Source of the DNA: Gammaproteobacteria bacterium
Lineage (GTDB): Bacteria; Pseudomonadota; Gammaproteobacteria; GCA-001735895
NCBI GenBank assembly: GCA_030066085.1
Contig: JASJCI010000033.1
Coordinates: 12,570-76,569 of the forward strand
DNA length: 64,000 bases
Direction of reading: 5' to 3'
Below the pieces are notes generated by a model, which was given only the letters and a program-made list of their open reading frames with translations, made no database searches and was not told the DNA's origin. Of this stretch, positions 1 through 10,479 are shown in pieces. The stretch's first letter is position 1; every line of letters begins with the position of its first letter. The position numbers were made by a program, and so were the translations under genes.

Positions 1-3
1 GAT

Positions 4-252
4 TTGAGTACAGAAGCGCAATTGGCCTACCGGGCCTATCTCGATATGAGCGACAGCAAAAAGGCTCATTTCGAGCGCCTGGAGTCAATCCATGGCAAGT
101 ATGAATCCGGTGGCGCGCCCAGCATCGCGGAAAACCTGGAACTGGAAAAACTGCTTGCCCGGCACGACAAGAACGTACTGGCGTTCAGGACGGCAATGGC
201 CGCCGTTACCGACACCAGCGAAAAGCAAACCCTGGTTCAGCTGATGTCCTGA
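4..252 (+). CDS. Small hypothetical helical protein
   Basis: 82-aa ORF (TTG start) with protein-like composition and no recognisable motif; may be 5'-truncated at the window edge. Confidence 0.6.
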   Translation: MSTEAQLAYRAYLDMSDSKKAHFERLESIHGKYESGGAPSIAENLELEKLLARHDKNVLAFRTAMAAVTDTSEKQTLVQLMS

Positions 253-405
253 GCAGGGCCCTGGTCGATATACGACCGTGTTTGGCCACCCGGTGCGGGC
301 GGGCCTGCCGCCATGTCTGTTTTTGCTCGCGGGTGTTGGCGGAATTACCACCATTTCCCGGCAGGTAGTACGATGAACCGGCCTGACTCCATCGAGGAAC
401 GAACC

Positions 406-1152
406 ATGACCCGCACCGCCAGCCCACCTCTCCAGGTCGAACAGGGTGACGGCCTGCTGCAGCTCACGCTGAACCGCCCGGACAGTGCCAACGCGCTGAA
501 TCCCGGGCTGACCGAGGCCCTCATCGAGACACTCGACCGGGCCGACGATGTCCGGCTCTGCGTCCTGCGCGGCGCGGGCCGGCATTTTTGCGCCGGCTTC
601 GATCTCTCCGGCCTGGAGAGCATGAGCGACGGTGACCTGCTGTGGCGCTTCCTGCGGATCGAGACGCTGCTGCAGGCGGTGCATCACGCGCCGTTTCCGG
701 TGGTGGCATTCGGCCACGGTCAGCTGGTCGGCGCGGGCGCCGACCTGTTCGCCGCATGCTGGCGCCGCGTCGCCGCAGCCGATGCCAGGTTCAGGATGCC
801 GGGCTGGAATTTCGAGCTTGCGCTGGGTACGCGGCGGCTGACGCATCGGATCGGCCAGGACGCGGCGCGGGACCTGCTCATCGACACCCGGGTGTTATCG
901 GCCGGGGAGAGCCTGGCCTGCGGGCTGGCAACCGACCTGGCGCCGCAAGAAGAGTGGCCCGCGCTAAGCGCGGAATTGAAGCAACGCGCCAGCACCCTGT
1001 CACCGCGCGCCATGCAGCAGATGCTCGGCCTGACCACGCGGGACAGCCGCAGCGAGGACCTGGCCGCAATCGTGCAGACCGCCGGACGTCCGGGACTGAG
1101 GGACAGGATCCTGGCTTACCGCGACCGCGTAAAAGCATCCGCGGCCGACTGA
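406..1152 (+). CDS. Enoyl-CoA hydratase/isomerase (crotonase) family protein
   Basis: LTLNRPDSANAL, HFCAGFDL and VGAGADL motifs; RBS GAGGA at 394-398 precedes ATG 406. Confidence 0.85.
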   Translation: MTRTASPPLQVEQGDGLLQLTLNRPDSANALNPGLTEALIETLDRADDVRLCVLRGAGRHFCAGFDLSGLESMSDGDLLWRFLRIETLLQAVHHAPFPVVAFGHGQLVGAGADLFAACWRRVAAADARFRMPGWNFELALGTRRLTHRIGQDAARDLLIDTRVLSAGESLACGLATDLAPQEEWPALSAELKQRASTLSPRAMQQMLGLTTRDSRSEDLAAIVQTAGRPGLRDRILAYRDRVKASAAD

Positions 1153-1324
1153 GCCTCGCCGGGCGCGGCTCATTTGCCAGGAGTACGGTTCTGGTCCACT
1201 GTTACCAGTCTGCACCCGGGGGCATCCGACGACGAGCCAACCCGGAAATTCCTGTGCCAAAAGCCTGTCGAACCCGTAGACTTGCCCGCAGGTTACATCG
1301 ATTATCCAGGCTAACGGACCCGCT

Positions 1325-3073
1325 TTGAAAAAACCGTCCACCTCCCGCCTCATGTTATGGCTGTTCGGCAAGCTCGCGCCCTTCAAGGGACGCGTGGTAA
1401 TTGCCCTGCTGGCCCTCGTGATCAGCGCGTTTTCCTGGCTGGTGCTTGGCCAGGGCGTGAGGATCGTCGTCGACCAGGGGCTGGTGGCCGACGACACGCG
1501 GGCGCTGGATACCATGATGCTGGTGGTGCTGGGGATCACGATGGTCGGCAGCATCGCCGCTTACGTGCGTATGTACCTGACGTTCTGGCTCGGCGAGCGG
1601 GTGAGCGCGGATATACGCACCGAGGTCTATGCCCACCTGCTGACGCTGTCACCGGGCTTCTTCGAAAAAACCCGCACCGGCGAGGTGATCTCCCGCTTCA
1701 CCAGCGACACTACCGTGCTGCAGACGGTCATCGGTATTGGCCTGTCGATGCTGTTGCGCGCCAGCATTACCTTTGTCGGCGCGGTCGCGCTGATGCTGTT
1801 CACCAGCCCCCTGCTAACCCTCTACGTGCTCATCGCGGTACCGATCGTGCTGTTGCCCATTCGCTGGATCGGTCCGAGGGTCAGGCGCTTCTCGCGCCTT
1901 AGCCAGGACCGCGTGGCCGACATGGGCGCCTATGTCGACGAGAGCCTGCACGAGATCAATACCGTGCAGGCATACACCCACGAGCAACTCGATCGCCGGC
2001 TGTTCGATGACCGGGTCGAGGCCGTGATGGACGCGGCATCACAGCGCATTCGCTACCGGGCCCTGCTGTTCGCGACGATCATGAGCATCAGCATCGGCGC
2101 GATCACGGTTGTTGCCTGGCTGGGCGCGCGCGACGTACTCGCAGGCGGATTGAGCGCCGGCGAGTTGACCGCATTCATGTTCTACGCGGTGATGGCTGGC
2201 GCCGCGGTGGCAACCATCAGCGAAGTGATCGGCGAGGTGCAGAAGGCAGCCGGCGCCAGCGAGCGGCTGCGTGAACTGCTCGACACTCACAGCAATGTGG
2301 CCGAAGTCAGCGATCCGCGCTTGCTGCCGGTAACGGTACGCGGCGAGCTGACCTTCGACAAACTCAGCTTCAGCTACCCCGCGGCACCGGACCAGGCGGT
2401 GCTGCAGGACATCAGCCTGCAGGTCTCGCCGGGCGAGAGAGTCGCGCTGGTGGGTCCGAGCGGTGCCGGTAAATCCACGCTGTTCCAGCTGTTGCTGCGT
2501 TTCTACGATCCCCAGTGCGGCCGCATCCTGATCGACGATATCCCGGTAGACGAGCTGTCCTTGCAACAATTGCGCACGCAGTACGCGATGGTCCCGCAGG
2601 AATCCGTCATCTTCGCCGCCTCGGCACTGGAGAATATCCGCTACGGCCGGCCGGATGCCGCCCCGGAAGAAGTGCGACGCGCGGCCGTGGCCGCCAGGGC
2701 AGACGAGTTCATTCGCGCGTTACCCGAAGGTTACGATACCGACCTCGGCGAACGCGGGGTACGCCTGTCCGGCGGGCAGAAACAACGTATCTCGATTGCC
2801 AGGGCAATACTGGCGGATCGTCCGATCCTGCTGCTGGACGAAGCCACCAGCTCGCTGGACGCCAGCAACGAGCGGCAGGTCAAACTGGCGCTCGACGAGT
2901 TGATGCAGGGCAAGACCACGCTGATCATTGCGCATCGGCTCGCTACCGTGATCAATGCCGACCGTATCGTGGTCATCGACAACGGCCGCATCATCGATAT
3001 CGGCAAGCACGACAGCCTGGTGGCAACCAATCAACTGTACAAGGAGTTTGCCGAGCTGCAGCTGGTGAGCTGA
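1325..3073 (+). CDS. ABC exporter, fused permease/ATPase (MsbA-related)
   Basis: Six-TM N-terminal half; Walker A GPSGAGKST, signature LSGGQKQR, Walker B LLLDEATS, IIAHRL. Confidence 0.92.
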   Translation: MKKPSTSRLMLWLFGKLAPFKGRVVIALLALVISAFSWLVLGQGVRIVVDQGLVADDTRALDTMMLVVLGITMVGSIAAYVRMYLTFWLGERVSADIRTEVYAHLLTLSPGFFEKTRTGEVISRFTSDTTVLQTVIGIGLSMLLRASITFVGAVALMLFTSPLLTLYVLIAVPIVLLPIRWIGPRVRRFSRLSQDRVADMGAYVDESLHEINTVQAYTHEQLDRRLFDDRVEAVMDAASQRIRYRALLFATIMSISIGAITVVAWLGARDVLAGGLSAGELTAFMFYAVMAGAAVATISEVIGEVQKAAGASERLRELLDTHSNVAEVSDPRLLPVTVRGELTFDKLSFSYPAAPDQAVLQDISLQVSPGERVALVGPSGAGKSTLFQLLLRFYDPQCGRILIDDIPVDELSLQQLRTQYAMVPQESVIFAASALENIRYGRPDAAPEEVRRAAVAARADEFIRALPEGYDTDLGERGVRLSGGQKQRISIARAILADRPILLLDEATSSLDASNERQVKLALDELMQGKTTLIIAHRLATVINADRIVVIDNGRIIDIGKHDSLVATNQLYKEFAELQLVS

Positions 3074-3274
3074 TACCCGGAAAATTTGCAACAGTCGTGC
3101 GTAACACGGATCGGTTCGAACGACGACGACTCGCATGGTTCAAATGAGATGCATTGGTTACCGACCGCTTTGCTACGTGGTTATAATCGGCCTGTGTTCG
3201 ATGGCTACCCGGCGGGCGGCAGCCACCAGTGCGCCGCGGGTACAGAAAATACCGATCTGAACGAGGGCTAGACG

Positions 3275-4066
3275 ATGACCGATGGAGAATTCCAGGAATA
3301 CGACGACGACCTGGTTGCGCTGCTGGAGGCAGTGTGGGGCGAGGGCTACATGTCGCCCGGCGGCGACGCCGAGGTCGACCGCTACCTCGAAGGTATCGAC
3401 CTTGCCGGCCAGCATGTCCTCGACATCGGCTGCGGGCTCGGTGGGATCGACCTGCACCTGCTGCGCGCGCATGGTGTCGCGAAGGTCACCGGTATCGATA
3501 TCGAGGACGACCTGATCACGCGCTGCGACCGCCTGGCCGAGCGTCACGGCATCACCGACAGGGTCGACTTTCGGCGGGTCGAGCCCGGCCCGCTGCCGTT
3601 CGCCGACGGCAGCTTCGACGCCGTCACGAGCAAGGACTCCATCATTCATATCGCCGACAAGCACGCGCTCGCGACCGATATCTTTCGCGTTTTACAGCCC
3701 GGCGGCTGGTTCGTCGCCAGCGACTGGCTTTCGGGTTACGAGGGTGAACCGTCGCCCGAGATGGCGGCCTATCTCGAGGCCGAGGGCCTGGATTTCGGCC
3801 TCGCTTCGGCGGATACCTATCGCGCCGCACTCGAAGCCGCGGGCTTCGTCGACATCGCCGTGGTCGACCGCAACAGCTGGTACCGCGAGGAAGCACGGCA
3901 CGAGCGCGACCAACTGACCGGTGCACTCTACGCCGATCTCGAGAGCCAGATCGGGCGAGAATTTCTGCAACGCCAGATCGACGTCTGGAATACGATGATC
4001 GTCGTGCTCGACCTGGGGCAGCTGCGCCCGACCCACCTGCGGGGACGTAAACCGCCAGCGGGCTAA
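3275..4066 (+). CDS. Class I SAM methyltransferase, phosphoethanolamine N-methyltransferase-like single domain
   Basis: [10 protein letters not shown] followed by [18 protein letters not shown] and LQPGG, as in PEAMT/PMT domains. Confidence 0.8.
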   Translation: MTDGEFQEYDDDLVALLEAVWGEGYMSPGGDAEVDRYLEGIDLAGQHVLDIGCGLGGIDLHLLRAHGVAKVTGIDIEDDLITRCDRLAERHGITDRVDFRRVEPGPLPFADGSFDAVTSKDSIIHIADKHALATDIFRVLQPGGWFVASDWLSGYEGEPSPEMAAYLEAEGLDFGLASADTYRAALEAAGFVDIAVVDRNSWYREEARHERDQLTGALYADLESQIGREFLQRQIDVWNTMIVVLDLGQLRPTHLRGRKPPAG

Positions 4067-4075
4067 ACCGGTCGG

Positions 4076-4909
4076 CTAAACAAGCGCCAGGGTGTAGCCA
4101 ACGCCGAACAACAGCAGGAAGCGACCGGTCCACGGCGTCAACGGCGTGCGATCGTGTGCGGCCAGGTAGTACCGCAACAGCGGCAGCAACGGCAGCGGCA
4201 GCAGCAGCCACGGCGATAGCGGGAGTTCCCCGGCGGCAATCAGCAGCCCGCTCACCAGGTAAGTCCCGCCGAGCAGCAGCCAGTAGAGCCGCACGGCACG
4301 CTCGTAGCCGAGCGCGACGGACAGGGTCTTGACGCCACGTGCCGCATCCTTTTCCAGGTCGCGCAGTTCGTTGCCGAGCAACAGCAGCGACACCAGCGCG
4401 CTGACCGGCAGCGAGTGCAGCAGGACCGACAGGGATAACTCGCCGGTGATGGCGATGTAAGAACCCTGCACCATCAGCACGCCCATCAGCACGAACACGC
4501 AGACCACGCCGAGCCCGCGGCGCTTGTAGTTGAAAGGTTCATGGGTGTAGGCAAAGGCGCCGAGCACACCGACGAAGCCGATTACGAGCACCGCGTAGCC
4601 GCTGTATGAAGCAATGCCGACACCGATCGCCCCGGCCACGGCAAAGCTCAGCAGGCCCAGGTGGAAATTGCGCTCGACCTGGCGCCGTATTGCGTCGAAA
4701 CCCTTACCATGCAGGAAACCCAGGTCCTCGCGGTCGTTGATCAGGTTGACCCCGCACTGCAGCAGCAGGCCGCCGAGCATGACCGCCGACGCGAGCAACA
4801 ATCCCGCGCTATCGAGCGGCAGCGCAAGCACGATACCGAGGCCGCAGGAGACGAAAGCGACCACCAGCGAAAAGGGACGCAACGCGGCCATGAAGGTATA
4901 GGATTTCAC
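4076..4909 (-). CDS. menA: UbiA-family prenyltransferase, MenA-like (1,4-dihydroxy-2-naphthoate prenyltransferase)
   Basis: LRPFSL start, NLINDRED, YTHEPFNYKRRGLG and NELRDLEKDAARGVKTL motifs; multi-TM. Start uncertain (GTG 4909 chosen; ORF is open to 5086). Confidence 0.7.
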   Translation of the reverse strand: MKSYTFMAALRPFSLVVAFVSCGLGIVLALPLDSAGLLLASAVMLGGLLLQCGVNLINDREDLGFLHGKGFDAIRRQVERNFHLGLLSFAVAGAIGVGIASYSGYAVLVIGFVGVLGAFAYTHEPFNYKRRGLGVVCVFVLMGVLMVQGSYIAITGELSLSVLLHSLPVSALVSLLLLGNELRDLEKDAARGVKTLSVALGYERAVRLYWLLLGGTYLVSGLLIAAGELPLSPWLLLPLPLLPLLRYYLAAHDRTPLTPWTGRFLLLFGVGYTLALV

Positions 4910-5117
4910 CGCGGACAGCGACGGAACATCGGCCGCGCGAACCGCATCCGGGCACTCCACCACGCTGCCTCGGCTGGCCGGCTCGTGCCAGCCGGCATCC
5001 GCGCGCGATTCCCGCGCCTCCTGGGTTCCGGGGGTAAGATCTAGCATCCCGCATACTGCTCCGGTGATCGATGCGGCCGCCCGCACCCGGGCCGCAGGCA
5101 GTTAGCTGGACTCGCCA

Positions 5118-5999
5118 TCATGCCGCGGTTTCCCCGCCAGCAGCGCTGCGCCGACGCGTGAATGCCGCCAGCGCCGTCGCCGGGATCAGCATCAGCAGGC
5201 CGTAGGTCAGGGGAATGATCGACATGTCCGGATTATGCAGCACACCCTGGGTGACAACCAGCGCCATGCCGGCATGCTGCATGCCGACCTCGATGCTGAT
5301 GGTCTTGACCTGGCGTTGAGGCAGCCCGCCAAGGCGACCGATCTGCCAGCCCAGCAGCATGGCCGCGAGCACCAGCAGCAGGCAGACCGTACCCGCGGTG
5401 GCCAGCAGTTCGACCAGTCGATCACCCTGGTCGACCACGATGCCGACGATCACGGCCGCAAAAAGCAGCACCGAGAAACGATGCAGGCGCGGCTGCCAGC
5501 GCCGGCAGGAGGCCGCGGCACGCGCACGCCAGAGCATGCCCGCGGCCACTGGCAACAGCACGATGACGGCCAGCCTGGCGACAGTGTCGAGCACGGGAAA
5601 CGGCACGGATTGCCGGTCTCCATACTGCCAGTACAGGACCAGCTCGGTCAGCAATGGCAGGCTGAACGGCGTGACCAGCGCCGCGATCGCGGTCAAGCTG
5701 ATCGACAGCGCCACGTCGGCACCGGCCAGGTAGGAGAACAGGTTGCTGGTAGTACCGCTCGGGCAAAAGCTCAGCACCATCAGCCCCACCGCCAGTTCCG
5801 GCGGCAGCGAGAACGCGAATACCAGCCCGAGCGCCAGCAGTGGCGGCAGCAGCATCTGGCTGGTAAAGCCGATCGCAAACGCCTTGCCGCGCCTGCCGAC
5901 CCGCTCGAAGTCGGCGCGCTCCAGCGTCATGCCCATACCGAGCATGATCAGGAACAGCGCCAGCGGCAGCGCGGCGCTTAGCAGCGGTGTCAGTTCCAT
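5118..5999 (-). CDS. Bile acid:sodium symporter (BASS) family transporter
   Basis: IMLGMGMTL, CPSGTTSN, ADVALSISLT and SIEVGMQH motifs; start MELTP at 5999. Confidence 0.88.
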   Translation of the reverse strand: MELTPLLSAALPLALFLIMLGMGMTLERADFERVGRRGKAFAIGFTSQMLLPPLLALGLVFAFSLPPELAVGLMVLSFCPSGTTSNLFSYLAGADVALSISLTAIAALVTPFSLPLLTELVLYWQYGDRQSVPFPVLDTVARLAVIVLLPVAAGMLWRARAAASCRRWQPRLHRFSVLLFAAVIVGIVVDQGDRLVELLATAGTVCLLLVLAAMLLGWQIGRLGGLPQRQVKTISIEVGMQHAGMALVVTQGVLHNPDMSIIPLTYGLLMLIPATALAAFTRRRSAAGGETAA

Positions 6000-6084
6000 C
6001 GCGTTCTCCACGACGATGCTTGCGCGTAAATCCCGATCAAACCGTATAATTCCTCTGAAAGCAAACGCGGGCCCAGTCGGAGCC

Positions 6085-6528
6085 ATGCCGAATCATCGTC
6101 AAGAGTTGATCCAGCCTTACCGCTGCGAAGACCTGTTCGAACTCGTACTCGATATCGAGCGCTATCCCGAGTTCGTCCCGGGCTGGCGCTCGGCGCGCGT
6201 GCTCGAGCGCGACATGGGCTGGCTGCGGGTCGAGCAGCATATAGGTATCGGTCCCTTGCGCCTGTCCTTCGAGTCGCGCGCGACATACGAGCGCCCCGAC
6301 TCGATCCGCATCGAATCGGCCGCGGCTCCGTTTCGTCACCTGTGCATCGACTGGCGCTTCCACCGCGACCAGGGAGGCTGCCGGATCGAATTCGACTCGA
6401 GCCTGTCGCTGCTGGCGATGAATCGTTTCGCTACCCCGCTGCTGGAACTCATGGGTTCGAACGTAATAGCGGCCTTCAAGCGCCGCGCGGCGCAGCAACT
6501 CGCGCCGGTCGGATACGGCCAGGACTAG
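6085..6528 (+). CDS. RatA/COQ10 START-domain protein
   Basis: LFELVLDIERYPEFVPGW and PFRHL..WRF motifs; TATAAT at 6045-6050 and GGAG before ATG 6085. Confidence 0.82.
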   Translation: MPNHRQELIQPYRCEDLFELVLDIERYPEFVPGWRSARVLERDMGWLRVEQHIGIGPLRLSFESRATYERPDSIRIESAAAPFRHLCIDWRFHRDQGGCRIEFDSSLSLLAMNRFATPLLELMGSNVIAAFKRRAAQQLAPVGYGQD

Positions 6529-6763
6529 AAGACCGAAGTCCGCGCGGCGGTGCCATTCCAGGGTAAAGCACGTGACCGGGGGACGATCAATTCGGCCGGC
6601 GAACTGTAAATGCGACACGCATCGACGACACCGCGACTTCTGGCCCGTAAAAGGATTGGAGAAGTAAAAACGGCCTGTTTATACTTTCCAGCCTTGAGCA
6701 CACAACCGTAGCAAACAGTCCTGGCCGGAGCGGCGGCTGCCGACCGCCAGCAGGAGTAAACCC

Positions 6764-9328
6764 ATGGCACAGTTCCCGGAAAAAGCCAACGTCGTCATCG
6801 TCGGCCTCGGCGGTATCGTCGGCGCCTCGGTGATGCACCACCTGATCGAACGCGGCTGGGAGGATATCGTCGGTTTCGATATGACTTCGATCCCCACCGA
6901 CTGCGGCTCGACCTCGCATGCGTCGGACTTTTGCTACGCCACCGATCACAGCAAGTTCACCTGCTACACCACGCATTACAGCATCGAGTTCTACGACAGG
7001 CTCGGTCACTACGAGCGCTGCGGCGGCCTCGAGGTGGCACGCGTCGGCGACGACGACCGCATGATGGAGCTCAAGCGCAAGGTCGGCTCCGGCAGGGCCT
7101 TCGGCACCAACGTGAAGATGATCAGCGCGGCCGAGGCCAAGGAAAAGTTCCCGCTGCTGGAGGAAGACATGATCCAGGGCGCGATGTGGGATCCGGACGC
7201 CGGCCTGGTCAAACCACGCTCGCAAACCGTGGTCGGCGTGCTGGTCGACGAGGCAGTCAAGACCGGCAAGGCGCAGGCCTTCGCCAACACTACCGCCACC
7301 GGGCTCGATATCAAGGACGGCCGCATCGTCGGCGTCGAGACCACGCGCGGCTACATCGCTGCCGACTACGTCGTGGTCTGCACCGGCCTGTGGGGCCGCA
7401 CTATCGCCGAAATGGCGGGCGAAGACCTGCCGGTCATGCCGGTCGACCATCCGCTGTCGTTCTTCGGCCCATACACCGAGTTCGAGGGCACCGGCAAGGA
7501 CATCGGCTACCCGCTGCTGCGCGACCAGGGTAACTCGGCCTACATGCGCGATACCGGCGACCCCACGACCCCCGAGGGCGGTCAAATCGAATGGGGTTAC
7601 TACGAGGAGAAGGAACCGCGCCTGGTACACCCGCGCGACCTGCCGGAAAAAGGCGAAACTCACTGGTCGCCGTCGCAGCGCGACCTCGAGCTCGAGCAGA
7701 TCATGGAACCGCTGGAGCGCGCGATGGAACTGACGCCGATTCTCGGCGAGCTCGGCTACAAGGACGACCATTCGTTCAACGGTCTGCTGCAGGTGACCAC
7801 CGACGGCGGCCCGTCGATCGGCGAGTCATCGAAAACCCGCGGCCTGTGGTACGCGGTCGCGGTGTGGGTCAAGGATGCGCCCGGCATCGCCAAGGTGCTG
7901 GTCGACTGGATGACCGACGGCGTCGCCGAGATGGACTACTTCGGCATCGATACCGCGCGGCACTACCCGATCCAGAAAACGCCGTCGTACATCCACGACC
8001 GCTGCTACGAATCGGCGTTCAAGATCTACAATCCCGCGGTGCACAACCGCGAGCCCTACACCAAGGGCCGCAACCTGCGCCGCAGCCCGTTCTGGGCGCG
8101 CGAACAGGAGCTCGGCGGTTACTTCATGGAACTGGCCGGCTGGGAGCGCGCACACGGCTACGCGTCCAACGAACACCTGCTGGAAAAATACGCCGACCGC
8201 GTGCCGGTGCGCGAGCACGAGTGGGACAACCGCCACTTCTGGCGCGTATCCAACGCCGAGCAGCTGGCAATGTCGGACAACGTCGGCATGATCAACCTGT
8301 CGCACTTCGCGGTGTACGACATCATGGGCCCCGATGCCGAGACGCTGATGGAGTTCGCCTGCGTCAACAAGGTCGGCGGCGATACCCCGATCGGCAAGGG
8401 TGTTTACACCCATTTCCTCGACAAGCGCGGCGGCGTGCGCGCCGACCTGACCGTGATCCGCCATGCCAAAGATCGTTTTCGCGTGATCGACGGCGCCGAT
8501 GCCGGTCACCGCGACTACATCTGGCTCAAACGCATGGCCGAGGACAACGGCTGGCAGGTCTATATCGACGACCGCAGCGACCACGTCGCCTGCCTCGGCG
8601 TCTGGGGGCCGAACGCACGCAAGACGATCCAGGCGATTGCCGACGATCCGGCTGCGTGGGAAGACGAGAACTTCCCGTTCGCCGCGACCCGCAGGCTGAC
8701 CCTGCAGGGTATCCCGGTGGAAGCCTTCCGTATTTCCTACGTTGGCGAGCAGGGTTGGGAACTGCACGTCGACTTCAGCTACGGCATGTCGCTGTGGGAC
8801 CTGGTCTATGCGCAGGGCGCCACCCCGGTCGGTATCGAAACCTACGCCAACACGCGGCGCATGGAAAAGAGCCTGCGCCTGCAAAACGCCGACCTGCTGA
8901 CCGAGTACAACCTGTACGAGGCCGGCCTCGCGCGGCCGGTGGTCAAGCAGGCCGACTTCCACGGCAAGGCGCCCTACCTCGAACAAAAGGCGCTCGAGCA
9001 GCAGGCCGCCTACCTGTGCACGCTGGTGATGGACGACAACGTCGATTCGAACGGCATCGCGCGCTACCCGGTGGGCCAGTGCCCGCTCATCGATCCCGCG
9101 ACCGGCGAAGTGCCGGTCGACGCCAAGGGCCGGCGCTCGTATATCTCGAGCATTGCCTACGGCCCGAGCCTCGGCAAGAACATCGGCCTCGGCTACCTGC
9201 CGGCCGACTACTGCGAGGAAGGCCGCGAACTGCTGACCGAGTACCTCGGCGAACAGTTCACCGTGCGCGTCGCCGCGGTCGGTTACAAGCCGCTGTACGA
9301 TCCGGAGAACAAGCTGCCGCGCTCGTAA
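6764..9328 (+). CDS. Sarcosine/dimethylglycine dehydrogenase family (FAD-dependent oxidoreductase fused to GcvT folate-binding domain)
   Basis: N-terminal GLGGIVG dinucleotide fold, GSTSH (covalent-FAD His), GWER, C-terminal RISYVGEQGWELH and PLYDP; 854 aa; RBS AGGAG. Confidence 0.9.
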   Translation: MAQFPEKANVVIVGLGGIVGASVMHHLIERGWEDIVGFDMTSIPTDCGSTSHASDFCYATDHSKFTCYTTHYSIEFYDRLGHYERCGGLEVARVGDDDRMMELKRKVGSGRAFGTNVKMISAAEAKEKFPLLEEDMIQGAMWDPDAGLVKPRSQTVVGVLVDEAVKTGKAQAFANTTATGLDIKDGRIVGVETTRGYIAADYVVVCTGLWGRTIAEMAGEDLPVMPVDHPLSFFGPYTEFEGTGKDIGYPLLRDQGNSAYMRDTGDPTTPEGGQIEWGYYEEKEPRLVHPRDLPEKGETHWSPSQRDLELEQIMEPLERAMELTPILGELGYKDDHSFNGLLQVTTDGGPSIGESSKTRGLWYAVAVWVKDAPGIAKVLVDWMTDGVAEMDYFGIDTARHYPIQKTPSYIHDRCYESAFKIYNPAVHNREPYTKGRNLRRSPFWAREQELGGYFMELAGWERAHGYASNEHLLEKYADRVPVREHEWDNRHFWRVSNAEQLAMSDNVGMINLSHFAVYDIMGPDAETLMEFACVNKVGGDTPIGKGVYTHFLDKRGGVRADLTVIRHAKDRFRVIDGADAGHRDYIWLKRMAEDNGWQVYIDDRSDHVACLGVWGPNARKTIQAIADDPAAWEDENFPFAATRRLTLQGIPVEAFRISYVGEQGWELHVDFSYGMSLWDLVYAQGATPVGIETYANTRRMEKSLRLQNADLLTEYNLYEAGLARPVVKQADFHGKAPYLEQKALEQQAAYLCTLVMDDNVDSNGIARYPVGQCPLIDPATGEVPVDAKGRRSYISSIAYGPSLGKNIGLGYLPADYCEEGRELLTEYLGEQFTVRVAAVGYKPLYDPENKLPRS

Positions 9329-9453
9329 CTGGCGCGCGCCGGGCTCCTGGTGCTGACGACGACTGAATCCGCGTGTAACCCGGCCCAGCGATTAGTCCAG
9401 CCCGGTAACGGACTCATGGACGGGGCCGGCGCGCGAAGCCCCGTGGATTCGCG

Positions 9454-10455
9454 ATGAACCCGGCACCGCGGGACGCGATCAATCGGCCGCGGCACGCGGC
9501 CGGCGGCATCGGTTTCATCCTGCTCGGCATGCTGGCCATCTCGATCAACGACATGCTGATCAAGTGGCTGTCCGGTGATTACCCGCTGCACCAGATGGTT
9601 TTCATCCGCTCGGCGATCGGCATCTGTTTCAGCCTGGTAATAGTCCATTTCGAGGGCGGATGGCAAATCCTCAAACCCAGGCGCCCATGGCTGCACGTCC
9701 TGCGCGGACTGTTGATCGTAACCTCGAACATGACCTATTTCGCCGCGCTGGCGGTATTGCCGCTGGCCGAGGCCACCGCGCTGTTTTTCGTCGCGCCGCT
9801 GTTCATCACGCTGCTGTCGATACCGGTGCTGCGCGAGAAGGTCGGCGTGTTTCGCCTGTCCGCGGTTGCGGTCGGCTTCGTCGGCGTGCTCATCATGCAG
9901 CGCCCCTGGCAGTCAGCGGACGAACTCGACGTCGATCGTCTTATCCTGGTGCTGCCGTTGATCTCGGCGCTGACCTACGCTTGCAACCAGATACTGACCC
10001 GCCATCTGGGAGTGCAGGCCAAGGCATCGGCGATGGCGATTTACATCCAGGCCAGCTTCATCGTGGTGTCACTCGGGTTCCTGCTGATAGCCGGCGACGG
10101 CAGATACGCCGTCGGCGTCGACAATCCGAGCCTGGTTTTCCTGCTGCGCGCGTGGACGCTGCCGACCGACCAGGACGCCTGGCTGTTCGCGGCACTGGGA
10201 TTCAATTCCGCCATCATCGGTTACTCGCTGGCACAGGCTTACCGACTGGCCGACGCCGCCACGGTAGCGCCGTTCGAATACGCCGGGCTGCCGCTCGCGA
10301 TCCTGTGGGGCTGGCTGGTCTGGAACGAATTGCCGGTGGCCGAGGTCTGGATCGGCATCTGCCTGATCGTCGCCGCGGGACTGTTCGTATTCTTCCGCGA
10401 ACGCGTACGACGACGCCCCGTCAACACCCGCGAGCAGGTTCACCGACGATACTGA
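9454..10455 (+). CDS. DMT (EamA) family transporter
   Basis: About 10 TM; LPLAEATALFFVAPLF, LREKVG and AATVAPFEY motifs. Confidence 0.88.
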   Translation: MNPAPRDAINRPRHAAGGIGFILLGMLAISINDMLIKWLSGDYPLHQMVFIRSAIGICFSLVIVHFEGGWQILKPRRPWLHVLRGLLIVTSNMTYFAALAVLPLAEATALFFVAPLFITLLSIPVLREKVGVFRLSAVAVGFVGVLIMQRPWQSADELDVDRLILVLPLISALTYACNQILTRHLGVQAKASAMAIYIQASFIVVSLGFLLIAGDGRYAVGVDNPSLVFLLRAWTLPTDQDAWLFAALGFNSAIIGYSLAQAYRLADAATVAPFEYAGLPLAILWGWLVWNELPVAEVWIGICLIVAAGLFVFFRERVRRRPVNTREQVHRRY

Positions 10456-10479
10456 CAACGGCGCCGGGGCGTCGTGAAA

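Noticed and set aside
6085-6528. RatAB toxin-antitoxin module
   Set aside because: No RatB partner; the family is better explained as quinone-binding COQ10-like.
6620-6650. GCGACAC/CGACAC/GCGAC repeats upstream of the dehydrogenase as a GbdR/SouR-type operator
   Set aside because: Short, irregularly spaced and common in this GC-rich DNA; cannot be supported by eye.
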